Below are positions 27,430-34,587 of a DNA stretch of 36,996 nucleotides, one piece after another (position 1 is the stretch's first letter; each line of letters begins with the position of its first letter). The notes beneath the pieces were generated by a model, which saw nothing but the letters and a program-made list of their open reading frames with translations, was not told the DNA's origin and did no database searches. The DNA comes from a virus. The position numbers and the translations under genes are program-made. Location of the stretch: UHGV virus genome UHGV-0150596. One strand, given 5' to 3'.

Positions 27430-28020
27430 ATGAACTTTCCGACGTTTAACGACGAAAAAACGGGCAAATGGCTGAAACTTGGCTTATTTTGCGTTTTAAC
27501 GTTGTTTTGTTTGTTTGGCATATACTTTGCCGTACATCATATAAAACAGCCGTCAGAATCGACTACACGCATGCGATTTTCCGATACGGAAGATAAAAAT
27601 TCGGTAAAGAAGGATTTACGAACTTCTGACCGTGAAGCCGCCGAAATCGTAACGAAAATCGAACGGATTCACGACGGCAAGACTGCTCCGAATGTGTCAT
27701 ATTATGTAACTGCTCCGAATTTGGCAGCCGCCGCCGATAAGACGGAACAGGCTATCAGGAAGAACGATAGTCAGATCCCGTCAGCCGCACGAGCGAAATC
27801 GGATAGAACAATAGTCACGGTCGATGATGAAAAACAGAAAGTCGATGTTTACAAAATCAACTTATGGAACAACCACAAAATTAAAGCCGGGGGAACATAC
27901 ATCGACGGCAAGCCGTACTTGTCGATAGGCTATCAGGCAGGACGAATCGAAGGAATCGTACACACTGACGGCACGGGCGTTCGCGGCGGTACGCTTATGT
28001 ACACAATTAAAGAATGGTAA
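27430..28020 (+). CDS. Lysis-cassette membrane protein: N-terminal TM, C-terminal amphipathic beta strands (spanin candidate)
   Basis: LGLFCVLTLFCLFGIYFAV TM; ends ...GGTLMYTIKEW; last gene before the terminator. Confidence 0.6.
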   Translation: MNFPTFNDEKTGKWLKLGLFCVLTLFCLFGIYFAVHHIKQPSESTTRMRFSDTEDKNSVKKDLRTSDREAAEIVTKIERIHDGKTAPNVSYYVTAPNLAAAADKTEQAIRKNDSQIPSAARAKSDRTIVTVDDEKQKVDVYKINLWNNHKIKAGGTYIDGKPYLSIGYQAGRIEGIVHTDGTGVRGGTLMYTIKEW

Positions 28021-28023
28021 TGC

Positions 28024-28057
28024 AAAAAGGCCTCCGAATAATCGGGGGCTTTTTTTT
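28024..28057 (+). terminator. Late-operon terminator, probably bidirectional
   Basis: AAAAAGGCCTCCGA-ATAA-TCGGGGGCTTTTTTTT. Confidence 0.85.
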
Positions 28058-28127
28058 ACAATTGCGGAGCAGTAATAAAAATCGCTTAGTATTGCGGTTT
28101 ATGTATAGAAAAATATATATTTATCGC

Positions 28128-28156
28128 TTGCAATTATAACCCATATGGACTATAAT
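28128..28156 (+). promoter_or_regulatory. SigA-type promoter with an overlapping palindromic operator
   Basis: TTGCAA-N17-TATAAT; near-palindrome TATAACCCATATGGACTATA at 28135-28154. Confidence 0.8.
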
Positions 28157-28181
28157 ATAATCATAGAGAGGAGGTGAACAG

Positions 28182-28283
28182 ATGATAGATATAGAAAAAG
28201 CCCTTCAAGATATTGCTAATGTAATCGGTATCCTGGCAGGAGCGATTACAATCGCAAAGCTCTTAAAGGGCAAACCCAAGTAG
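28182..28283 (+). CDS. 33-aa hydrophobic peptide with Lys-rich tail (type I toxin-like): MIDIEKALQDIANVIGILAGAITIAKLLKGKPK
   Basis: Strong RBS GAGGAGGTG; too short for the supplied ORF track; translated by hand. Confidence 0.75.
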   Translation: MIDIEKALQDIANVIGILAGAITIAKLLKGKPK

Positions 28284-28286
28284 AAA

Positions 28287-28309
28287 GGACGGGGCAACAA
28301 GCCCCGTTC
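28287..28309. terminator. GC-rich hairpin after the peptide gene
   Basis: GGACGGGGC-AACAA-GCCCCGTTC; only a short U-run, on the minus strand. Confidence 0.6.
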
Positions 28310-28321
28310 CTGTCTATATCT

Positions 28322-28350
28322 ATTATATATCATGAAAATTTTAATGGCAA
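28322..28350 (-). promoter_or_regulatory. Antisense SigA-type promoter facing the peptide gene
   Basis: Minus strand TTGCCA (28350-28345)-N17-TATAAT (28327-28322). Confidence 0.7.
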
Positions 28351-28460
28351 TGTTATTACTATTAAGCGTAGTACGAGCCTTCGTGGCTCAAGATTCACTA
28401 TCCATTTTATCGACAATCGTTTTGACGATAGCACTATTGTTATTGATAAGAAAGGATTAA
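28332..28460 (+). CDS. 42-aa two-helix hydrophobic peptide: MKILMAMLLLLSVVRAFVAQDSLSILSTIVLTIALLLLIRKD
   Basis: Fills the gap before the HTH gene; strongly hydrophobic; no evident RBS. Confidence 0.5.
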   Translation: MKILMAMLLLLSVVRAFVAQDSLSILSTIVLTIALLLLIRKD

Positions 28461-28464
28461 TACA

Positions 28465-28869
28465 ATGAGATTCGACGATATTATGACAATAGCCGAAGCA
28501 AGCGAACGCTTCGGTCGTGCAGCAAGTACACTTAAGCAGGCGTGCCTATCTGGCCGCCTGGTTGAAGGTGAAGAATGCCGCAAATCCGGCGGCGTATTGT
28601 TAGTAACCAAACAAGGCTTGGAACGGCTTTACGGAAAGGAACATCCGACACAGACATACTATTTCGCCGAATTGCAGAACGCCGGCAGTTATAGGCAAAC
28701 GGAAAAGCTCAAGGCTACAAGCCTTCGTGCTGCAAAGCGTGAAGCAAGTATGCGGCAGGCATTTTACGGCACTGTCCTTGAAATCGGTTGCGAGGTAAAC
28801 GAAGACGGGTTCATTTTAAATCCCGTCGCTAGAAAAGAAGTAGGGAAGCAATGGAAAGATATTGTGTAA
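28465..28869 (+). CDS. HTH DNA-binding protein with an additional C-terminal domain
   Basis: DIMTIAEASERFG....TLKQAC..G......CRKSG...LVT...LERLYG winged-HTH pattern. Confidence 0.75.
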   Translation: MRFDDIMTIAEASERFGRAASTLKQACLSGRLVEGEECRKSGGVLLVTKQGLERLYGKEHPTQTYYFAELQNAGSYRQTEKLKATSLRAAKREASMRQAFYGTVLEIGCEVNEDGFILNPVARKEVGKQWKDIV

Positions 28870-28874
28870 TTCGA

Positions 28875-30419
28875 CTAAGCGACTCGACGAACGATATACG
28901 AGAACCCTTCAGGGTAGAAGATGAAGTTCGATTGTAGGCCGCTACATTCCACCACAGCGAACAAAATCGAACTATTTATTCTTACCGGATTGGTGAGGAT
29001 AGGTAGTTCTTTTTTGTAGTTGTACTGAATTTCAATATAATCATCATAAATGACCACGCAGCGGACCATAGTCGAGAGTAGCAAGCTCTTGAACTTGGTC
29101 TCTTTTTTTGTGCGCTGAACAAGCCGCTCAAAGAAGAACCGGATCATATCTTCGTCGACTTTAAGGTCGTTGTCTTTTTCGAGTTCGTCAGAAAGCTCCG
29201 AATTTAGCTCTACAAGGCGTTTTTCATACATGGGTATATTCTCGGCTATGGTTTGCGATATAATACCGTTTTCGACGGCCTGAATGCAGTTTTTGAGCTT
29301 CTTGGATAACTCTTTTATTTCTTCTTTAATAGCCGGGATAGAGGATTGCGCTCGATTCTCTTCTTGTGCCGCAATGGCTTGCTTGGCAATATATTCTATG
29401 GCTGTATCATTAGACAGGATATTAATTGTCGTATCAACAACCAATTCTTCGAGCTTATCGGCACGGATATTTTTCGTATGGCATTTTCCGATGCGGTTAC
29501 GCCGATTACTGCAAGCATAGTAATAATAAGGAAGGCCTGTCACAGACCGTCCTGACATTCCTATCATTTTTTCGTGACAGAGACCGCAGAACAAACGGCC
29601 TGATATAAGATAGTTATCGCTACATACTCGGCTGCGAGTTTTCTTGCGATTTTTTAAAATCTTCTGAACTGCGTTGAACATGTCGTTGGTGATAATGGCC
29701 GGAAGGGCATTTTCTTTGCGAATGTCCTTCCAGACGAACGTACCCGTGTAACGTTCGTTTTTAAGGATTTTTTCCAAGCTGTTCTTGCGAAACGGTTTGC
29801 CGGCTGCGGTTTTCAAATGCCGGGCATTTAATTCATCAATAATAGTAGATGTACGCTTGCCGTCGATAATAGACTGGAATATTTCACGTACAATAAACGC
29901 CTTGTCATCGTCTATAACAAGATGCTTGTTCTTATCGAGCTTAAATCCAAGCGGCACGATACCACCGGGCCATTTGCATTCGAGGGCATTTTCCGTCATG
30001 CCTCGTAAAACGTTTTCAGCAAGTTCAGCACTATAGTATTCGGCTAAGCCTTCAATCACAGACTCTAATAAAATGCCGCTAGAGTCTTCGGCTATATTTT
30101 CCATAGCTGAGATGACACGGATCCCGTGTTGCTTTAGCACGTTTTTATACCTAGCGCTGTCATAACGACTGCGTGCGAAGCGGTTTAACTTATAGACCAA
30201 GACGTAATCGAAGTCCTGCTTTTTAGCGTCTTTAATCATGGCCTGAAATTCAGGTCGCTTATCGGTTTTGCCGGTCATGGCACGGTCGCAATAGACCCTA
30301 ATTACGGTAATGCCGTTTTTCTTGGCATAGGCCTTGCATTCTCGGATTTGTCCTTCTATAGACTCTTCTCGTTGACGGTCCGAAGAATAGCGTGCGTAGA
30401 TTACTGCAATTTTCGACAT
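28875..30419 (-). CDS. int: Large serine recombinase (integrase)
   Basis: YARYSS catalytic motif, D.A.TG....RP.F, recombinase domain, zinc ribbon (CGLC...YYACS...C), coiled coil. Confidence 0.96.
   Translation of the reverse strand: MSKIAVIYARYSSDRQREESIEGQIRECKAYAKKNGITVIRVYCDRAMTGKTDKRPEFQAMIKDAKKQDFDYVLVYKLNRFARSRYDSARYKNVLKQHGIRVISAMENIAEDSSGILLESVIEGLAEYYSAELAENVLRGMTENALECKWPGGIVPLGFKLDKNKHLVIDDDKAFIVREIFQSIIDGKRTSTIIDELNARHLKTAAGKPFRKNSLEKILKNERYTGTFVWKDIRKENALPAIITNDMFNAVQKILKNRKKTRSRVCSDNYLISGRLFCGLCHEKMIGMSGRSVTGLPYYYYACSNRRNRIGKCHTKNIRADKLEELVVDTTINILSNDTAIEYIAKQAIAAQEENRAQSSIPAIKEEIKELSKKLKNCIQAVENGIISQTIAENIPMYEKRLVELNSELSDELEKDNDLKVDEDMIRFFFERLVQRTKKETKFKSLLLSTMVRCVVIYDDYIEIQYNYKKELPILTNPVRINSSILFAVVECSGLQSNFIFYPEGFSYIVRRVA
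28925..28973. other. Predicted attP inside the integrase 3' end
   Basis: 49-bp site bounded by the perfect inverted repeat AGTTCGATT/AATCGAACT, centred on TTCCACCA; lies at the lysis/moron-integrase boundary. Confidence 0.6.
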
Positions 30420-30457
30420 AAAAAAATCAGTCCTTTCTGTTGTAAAAAGGGCCGATG

Positions 30458-30542
30458 TGATATACTTATAGCGTAATCGACCCTTTTGGGAGGGGATTAT
30501 GGATTGCCCTCGATGTGTTGCAGCACATCGGGGGATTTTTTT
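30458..30542 (+). ncRNA. Candidate antisense sRNA unit in the integrase leader
   Basis: Extended -10 TGATATACT (30458-30466), a small hairpin, then terminator CCCTCGATGTG-TTGCAG-CACATCGGGGG-A-T7. Confidence 0.5.
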
Positions 30543-30544
30543 GT

Positions 30545-31558
30545 TTAACGATTTGTTAATTTAGAAACATCTTTTATGATCTCAATAATGTGGGCCGAGT
30601 CATCTGATGAGCCGTCTTCTTTTAAATATCCGCTTTGGGGATTAGAGAAAATTGCTTTTGTGGTTTGCAATAACACCGCATTACGAATTTCTTCGTTGCT
30701 ACTAGCATTTACAAAGGTCTCAAATGTACTTAGTGCGTTTTGTTTGTTTTTATTTATGATATAGTTATGTGCTTGGGCTCTGTAATTTCTACTGCAAATT
30801 GTTAGTCCATAAAACAATACTACCAATCCAGTGAACCTGGGCAAGGCTGCTTGCAAAAAGTGGTATAAGTAAGGTTCTTCTAACTGTATCGGGCAATACC
30901 AAAAAGATACTAGCGAATATGCTACAATCACGATACTAAGCCAAAGTATCCGTCTAGCCCAATAGCCCTTTTCCATCTCAAAAGAAGTGGCAGCCTCTTG
31001 GAAATTTACGGTGTGATTCGTTACACCGACAGAATGAGCGGCTTTTTGTACAGCGGCTATTATTTCATCTGTCTGTTGTTTTGTTTCTTCACGCTCTGTC
31101 TTTGCTTGCTTTAATTCGGCAACAATATCATCCCTCGCCTGTTGTGCCTGTCGCTTTAAAGCATCATAATCAGTGTCTGCCTTTATGCAATATGCAATGA
31201 CGGGTGAGATATCGTTAAACCATCCATTGTAACTATTGATAATATCGTTTATCAAGCTTTGTCTTGTATCGACGCCTTGAGTAGACGAGAAGTCCTTTAT
31301 GGCTTGAATGCAACTAATAAAGTTGTCCATATCACTAATTAGAACCATAACTCTTGACGGAGGAATCCGGGTTATATCAATGTCGAGCAATCCTTTGAAA
31401 AGTCCGATAGCAGATTCAAAGTCATCCTCGGCGTCAGCAAAGCTCATTTCCGCTCCCAACTCATCACGTCGGACGAGATCCTTTGCGTTAAATTCTTTTA
31501 TAGTTGAGAGCGAATTATTGTATGCAGCTAATGTATCATCAGATAATTTTATAGACAT
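30545..31558 (-). CDS. Accessory membrane protein (coiled coil plus 2 TM), function unknown
   Basis: 337 aa, GGAGGTG RBS, in the cI-int operon. Confidence 0.8.
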   Translation of the reverse strand: MSIKLSDDTLAAYNNSLSTIKEFNAKDLVRRDELGAEMSFADAEDDFESAIGLFKGLLDIDITRIPPSRVMVLISDMDNFISCIQAIKDFSSTQGVDTRQSLINDIINSYNGWFNDISPVIAYCIKADTDYDALKRQAQQARDDIVAELKQAKTEREETKQQTDEIIAAVQKAAHSVGVTNHTVNFQEAATSFEMEKGYWARRILWLSIVIVAYSLVSFWYCPIQLEEPYLYHFLQAALPRFTGLVVLFYGLTICSRNYRAQAHNYIINKNKQNALSTFETFVNASSNEEIRNAVLLQTTKAIFSNPQSGYLKEDGSSDDSAHIIEIIKDVSKLTNR

Positions 31559-31601
31559 AATGAGAACACCTCCGGCAGACCATTTTATATTTTAAGTGAC
31601 C

Positions 31602-32237
31602 CTATAATTTCCAACGATGCCCACACTTCAAGCATACGCCAACTCGTCTGTTCCGGTTATGCCAACCGGCAGCAATACCGATCCCACCGGTTAACAACCC
31701 ACCAACAATAGCCTTGCCGGCTTGGAATCCTTTCTTGTCGAACTCAATATGTTTTGAGTGGCATTTAGGGCAACGCAACTCACCATCTATAGGCTCCTTG
31801 GGTTCGTCCGAGGTATTAAATGATACCGACATACCCGATTTATATGCGGTTACCATTGACTTCAATGTTTCGTCAGTGCGAACTTGTTCCGTGATTTTGG
31901 CGGCCTTAAAAATTCCGCACCCTGTCAGCTTCCGGACAGCTTGGCTAAAAGCGAGAGTGCCGGCACTTCCTTTTTGCCAGGGATCCGTTTCTAAAGCAAC
32001 CTCAAAGGCATTGAAAGTAACGCCGTTTACTTCCTTGTTGTAAACAGGCAACGTTTTTTCAGCACTCGGTTGTTCAACGAGGGCATTTTCGGAATTAGCA
32101 GAAGAAGATAGCGTTGAGTCTATGGGGTGTTCAATCTGCACCTCTTCACACATCTGTTCACGAGCTACAGGGGCTCCGCAATTAGAGCAAAATTTAGCCG
32201 TTTCTGATACTTGTTTACCACATTGTTCACAAAACAT
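31602..32237 (-). CDS. Double zinc-ribbon accessory protein with a Gly-rich hydrophobic hairpin
   Basis: MFCEQCG...FCSNCG; CPKC...KKGF..GKA.VGG.L.GG.G..AG...CLKCGHRW. Confidence 0.82.
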   Translation of the reverse strand: MFCEQCGKQVSETAKFCSNCGAPVAREQMCEEVQIEHPIDSTLSSSANSENALVEQPSAEKTLPVYNKEVNGVTFNAFEVALETDPWQKGSAGTLAFSQAVRKLTGCGIFKAAKITEQVRTDETLKSMVTAYKSGMSVSFNTSDEPKEPIDGELRCPKCHSKHIEFDKKGFQAGKAIVGGLLTGGIGIAAGWHNRNRRVGVCLKCGHRWKL

Positions 32238-32266
32238 TTGAATACCTCCTAAAATATTTTTATATT

Positions 32267-33031
32267 TTAAAATTTTCCTCTTAACTCAACGACTTTTCCT
32301 AATATTTGTACAGGCAATGCTTCTATCTCTTCGTTTGAGTAAAAGTGCGGTTCATATACACTTATGTTTGTAGCAATAAGCGTGATACCAGTGGACATTT
32401 TTTTTACCTTCTTAACGGTGGCTTCATCGCCATTAACAAGTACGATTGCAATATCTCCAGACTCAACGTCGTCTTGTTTACGAACGATAACAACGTCACC
32501 TTCAAGCATGCGTGGCTCCATAGACCGACCCCGAATCTGCAAGGCAAAGAAATCACCGGTCGCAGCAAGATCCGGTGTAATTTCTTCGTAGTCGAGAATC
32601 TCTTCAACCGCCTCAAGCGGAACGCCGGCAACAACTCGACCAAGGACGGGGATTTTTATGCCAGTGTGAGCGGGAGACGATCCAGTCCTAGTTCCTTCCA
32701 GGAATGTCGATAATTCAGGGAGTGTTTGAATAAAGTCAGGAAGTGGATGCCCTTCTCTAGCCGCTTTTGCCTTCACACGCTTAAGCCACTCTTCTTGTTC
32801 TTTATAAGATAAAACATATCCATGTTTTGATGAAATTTTCCCTCTTAAATAATCAGCGCTGACATTAAAAAAATCGGCAATGACATCTATTGTTTTATAT
32901 TTTGGAATGCGCTTTCCCGACTCATACATAGCTAACGCACTCCGTCCGATGTTTAATTTGTCGGCCAACTCTGCCTGGGTTAACTCTCGTTCTTGCCTCA
33001 GTACTTTTAGTCTGTCCGCAAACGTAGCCAT
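32267..33031 (-). CDS. cI: CI-like repressor (XRE HTH plus S24 autopeptidase)
   Basis: LTQAELA..L.I.RS..AMYESGKR.P; VAG cleavage site, G.SMEP, ATVKK; GGGG RBS before the ATG at 33031. Confidence 0.93.
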   Translation of the reverse strand: MATFADRLKVLRQERELTQAELADKLNIGRSALAMYESGKRIPKYKTIDVIADFFNVSADYLRGKISSKHGYVLSYKEQEEWLKRVKAKAAREGHPLPDFIQTLPELSTFLEGTRTGSSPAHTGIKIPVLGRVVAGVPLEAVEEILDYEEITPDLAATGDFFALQIRGRSMEPRMLEGDVVIVRKQDDVESGDIAIVLVNGDEATVKKVKKMSTGITLIATNISVYEPHFYSNEEIEALPVQILGKVVELRGKF

Positions 33032-33057
33032 AAAAATAACCCCCTTTAACTGAGAAC

Positions 33058-33151
33058 AGTATATCACACTATGTGATGTCACGAAAAGTGTAAATTAATA
33101 TTGACACAAAACGCCAACCAGACTATAATAAATTTAGTCACAAATTGTGAC
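33058..33151. promoter_or_regulatory. Lysis/lysogeny switch: divergent promoters and operators
   Basis: Plus TTGACA(33101)-N17-TATAAT(33124); minus extended -10 TGATATACT (33066-33058); 15-bp operators ATCACACTATGTGAT (33063), GTCACGAAAAGTGTA (33078), GTCACAAATTGTGAC (33137). Confidence 0.88.
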
Positions 33152-33168
33152 AGAAAGGAGCTGAGGAT

Positions 33169-33366
33169 ATGGAAGTCGGGAAACGGTTAAGAAGGCTGAG
33201 GCAGAAAAAGAAAGAAACTATTGCAAAGGTTTCTTTGGCGGTTAAAGTCGCACCTTCTACATTGACCGCATATGAGTTGGGAGACCGGACACCTAGGGAT
33301 GATGTAAAAAAAAGAATTGCCAAGTATTATGGAATGACTGTTGAGGATATTTTTTTTAAATGGTAA
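33169..33366 (+). CDS. cro: Cro-like XRE HTH protein
   Basis: 65 aa, divergent from cI; YELGDRTPRD..K.RIA.YY..TVEDIFF. Confidence 0.88.
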   Translation: MEVGKRLRRLRQKKKETIAKVSLAVKVAPSTLTAYELGDRTPRDDVKKRIAKYYGMTVEDIFFKW

Positions 33367-33367
33367 T

Positions 33368-33382
33368 GTCACAAAAAGTGTC
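33368..33382. promoter_or_regulatory. Distal operator after cro
   Basis: GTCACAAAAAGTGTC matches the switch operator consensus. Confidence 0.7.
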
Positions 33383-33420
33383 AAAAGCAACTCGATAATT
33401 AGTGGGAAAGAGGTGAACAA

Positions 33421-33582
33421 ATGCATTACTTAACTTGGTACATACTTCAGGTGATTCGAGAGAACAGTGATGAATATTGGGCATGGAAGGCAGAAAGGAG
33501 CAAATCACATGGAAGTCTTGGCAATCGGAACGAGTGCGGTAGTAGTGATACTGACATTAATATTAGCCATTCAAGAATTTAG
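33421..33582 (+). CDS. 53-aa hypothetical protein (MHYLTWYILQVIRENSDEYWAWK...)
   Basis: GAGGTG RBS; translated by hand. Confidence 0.55.
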   Translation: MHYLTWYILQVIRENSDEYWAWKAERSKSHGSLGNRNECGSSDTDINISHSRI

Positions 33583-33595
33583 GAAAGGAGCATAG
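33509..33595 (+). CDS. 28-aa single-TM peptide MEVLAIGTSAVVVILTLILAIQEFRKGA
   Basis: AAGGAG RBS; overlaps the preceding ORF in another frame. Confidence 0.55.
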   Translation: MEVLAIGTSAVVVILTLILAIQEFRKGA

Positions 33596-33598
33596 AGG

Positions 33599-34363
33599 AT
33601 GAATCAATTGCAAGTTTTTAATAATACGGAGTTCGGACAAGTCCGGACAATGATGATTGACGGATCCCCTTGGTTCGTAGCAAAAGATGTTTGTGAGTGC
33701 CTGGGGATTACAAAACATCGAGATGCAGTTAGCAGGTTGGACGGTGATGAAAGGGGGTCGGTTGAAGTGGACACCCTTGGGGGAACGCAACAAATGGTCG
33801 CTGTTAACGAGTACGGCTTATACAGCCTAGTGCTTTCAAGCCGAAAACCTTCAGCGAAAGCGTTCAAACGGTGGATAACCCACGAAGTCATCCCGGCAAT
33901 TCGTAAGCACGGAGCGTATATGACCGGAGAAACATTGGAACAGGCGTTAACATCACCGGATTTTCTCATACGCTTAGCAACAGAACTTAAGACTGAACAA
34001 GAGGCTAGAAGATTGGCAGAAGCACAGATTGAAGCGAATAAGCCGAAAGTCTTATTTGCGGATTCGGTTGCTGCAAGCCACGGCAGTATCCTGGTTGGCG
34101 AGTTGGCAAAGCTACTTAATCAGAATGGTATTGATATCGGACAGAACCGATTATTTAACTGGCTCCGTGAAAACGGGTACCTGATTTGCCGCAAGGGTAC
34201 GGATTACAACATGCCGACACAGAGAAGTATGGAAATGCAACTGTTCAGTATTAAGGAAACGGCCATTACACATAGCGACGGTCACGTTTCTATCAGTAAG
34301 ACGGTCAAGGTCACAGGCAAAGGCCAGTTGTATTTCGTTAATAAATTCCTGAAGGGGGCATAA
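33599..34363 (+). CDS. ant: Antirepressor (BRO-N plus ANT/KilAC)
   Basis: FGQVR....G.PWFVAKDVC...NE.GLY.L...SRKP.AK.F..W; KPKVLFADSV...VTGKGQ.YF. Confidence 0.95.
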   Translation: MNQLQVFNNTEFGQVRTMMIDGSPWFVAKDVCECLGITKHRDAVSRLDGDERGSVEVDTLGGTQQMVAVNEYGLYSLVLSSRKPSAKAFKRWITHEVIPAIRKHGAYMTGETLEQALTSPDFLIRLATELKTEQEARRLAEAQIEANKPKVLFADSVAASHGSILVGELAKLLNQNGIDIGQNRLFNWLRENGYLICRKGTDYNMPTQRSMEMQLFSIKETAITHSDGHVSISKTVKVTGKGQLYFVNKFLKGA

Positions 34364-34366
34364 ACA

Positions 34367-34564
34367 ATGAGAAAGCAAATAGAACTCACAGCTCCGGCTG
34401 CGTGGATCAATCGACGGTATTACGAACTACAGGCAGCCGAGACGGTGTCGGTCGTTGAAGAAGAGTCGGACGACTTCAAAGTCACGCTAAAAGAAGGCAT
34501 AAAGATTGGCATCGGAGCCTTCACGGTATACCTAATCATTGCGATGGCAATCATCATTTTATGA
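34367..34564 (+). CDS. Small protein with a C-terminal TM helix
   Basis: AAGGGGG RBS; hydrophobic C-terminus. Confidence 0.65.
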   Translation: MRKQIELTAPAAWINRRYYELQAAETVSVVEEESDDFKVTLKEGIKIGIGAFTVYLIIAMAIIIL

Positions 34565-34587
34565 GTACGGTACGAAAGACGACAAAG

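Noticed and set aside
28281..28283. Genome-wide amber recoding
   Set aside because: Core genes are intact in the standard code and several end normally in TAG
28925..28955. tRNA gene (GTTCGATT...TCCACCA)
   Set aside because: T-loop-to-CCA spacing is too long and there is no cloverleaf upstream; treated as an att-like site instead
33032..33082. N-terminal extension of cI
   Set aside because: Overlaps operators and the promoter; the RBS supports the ATG at 33031
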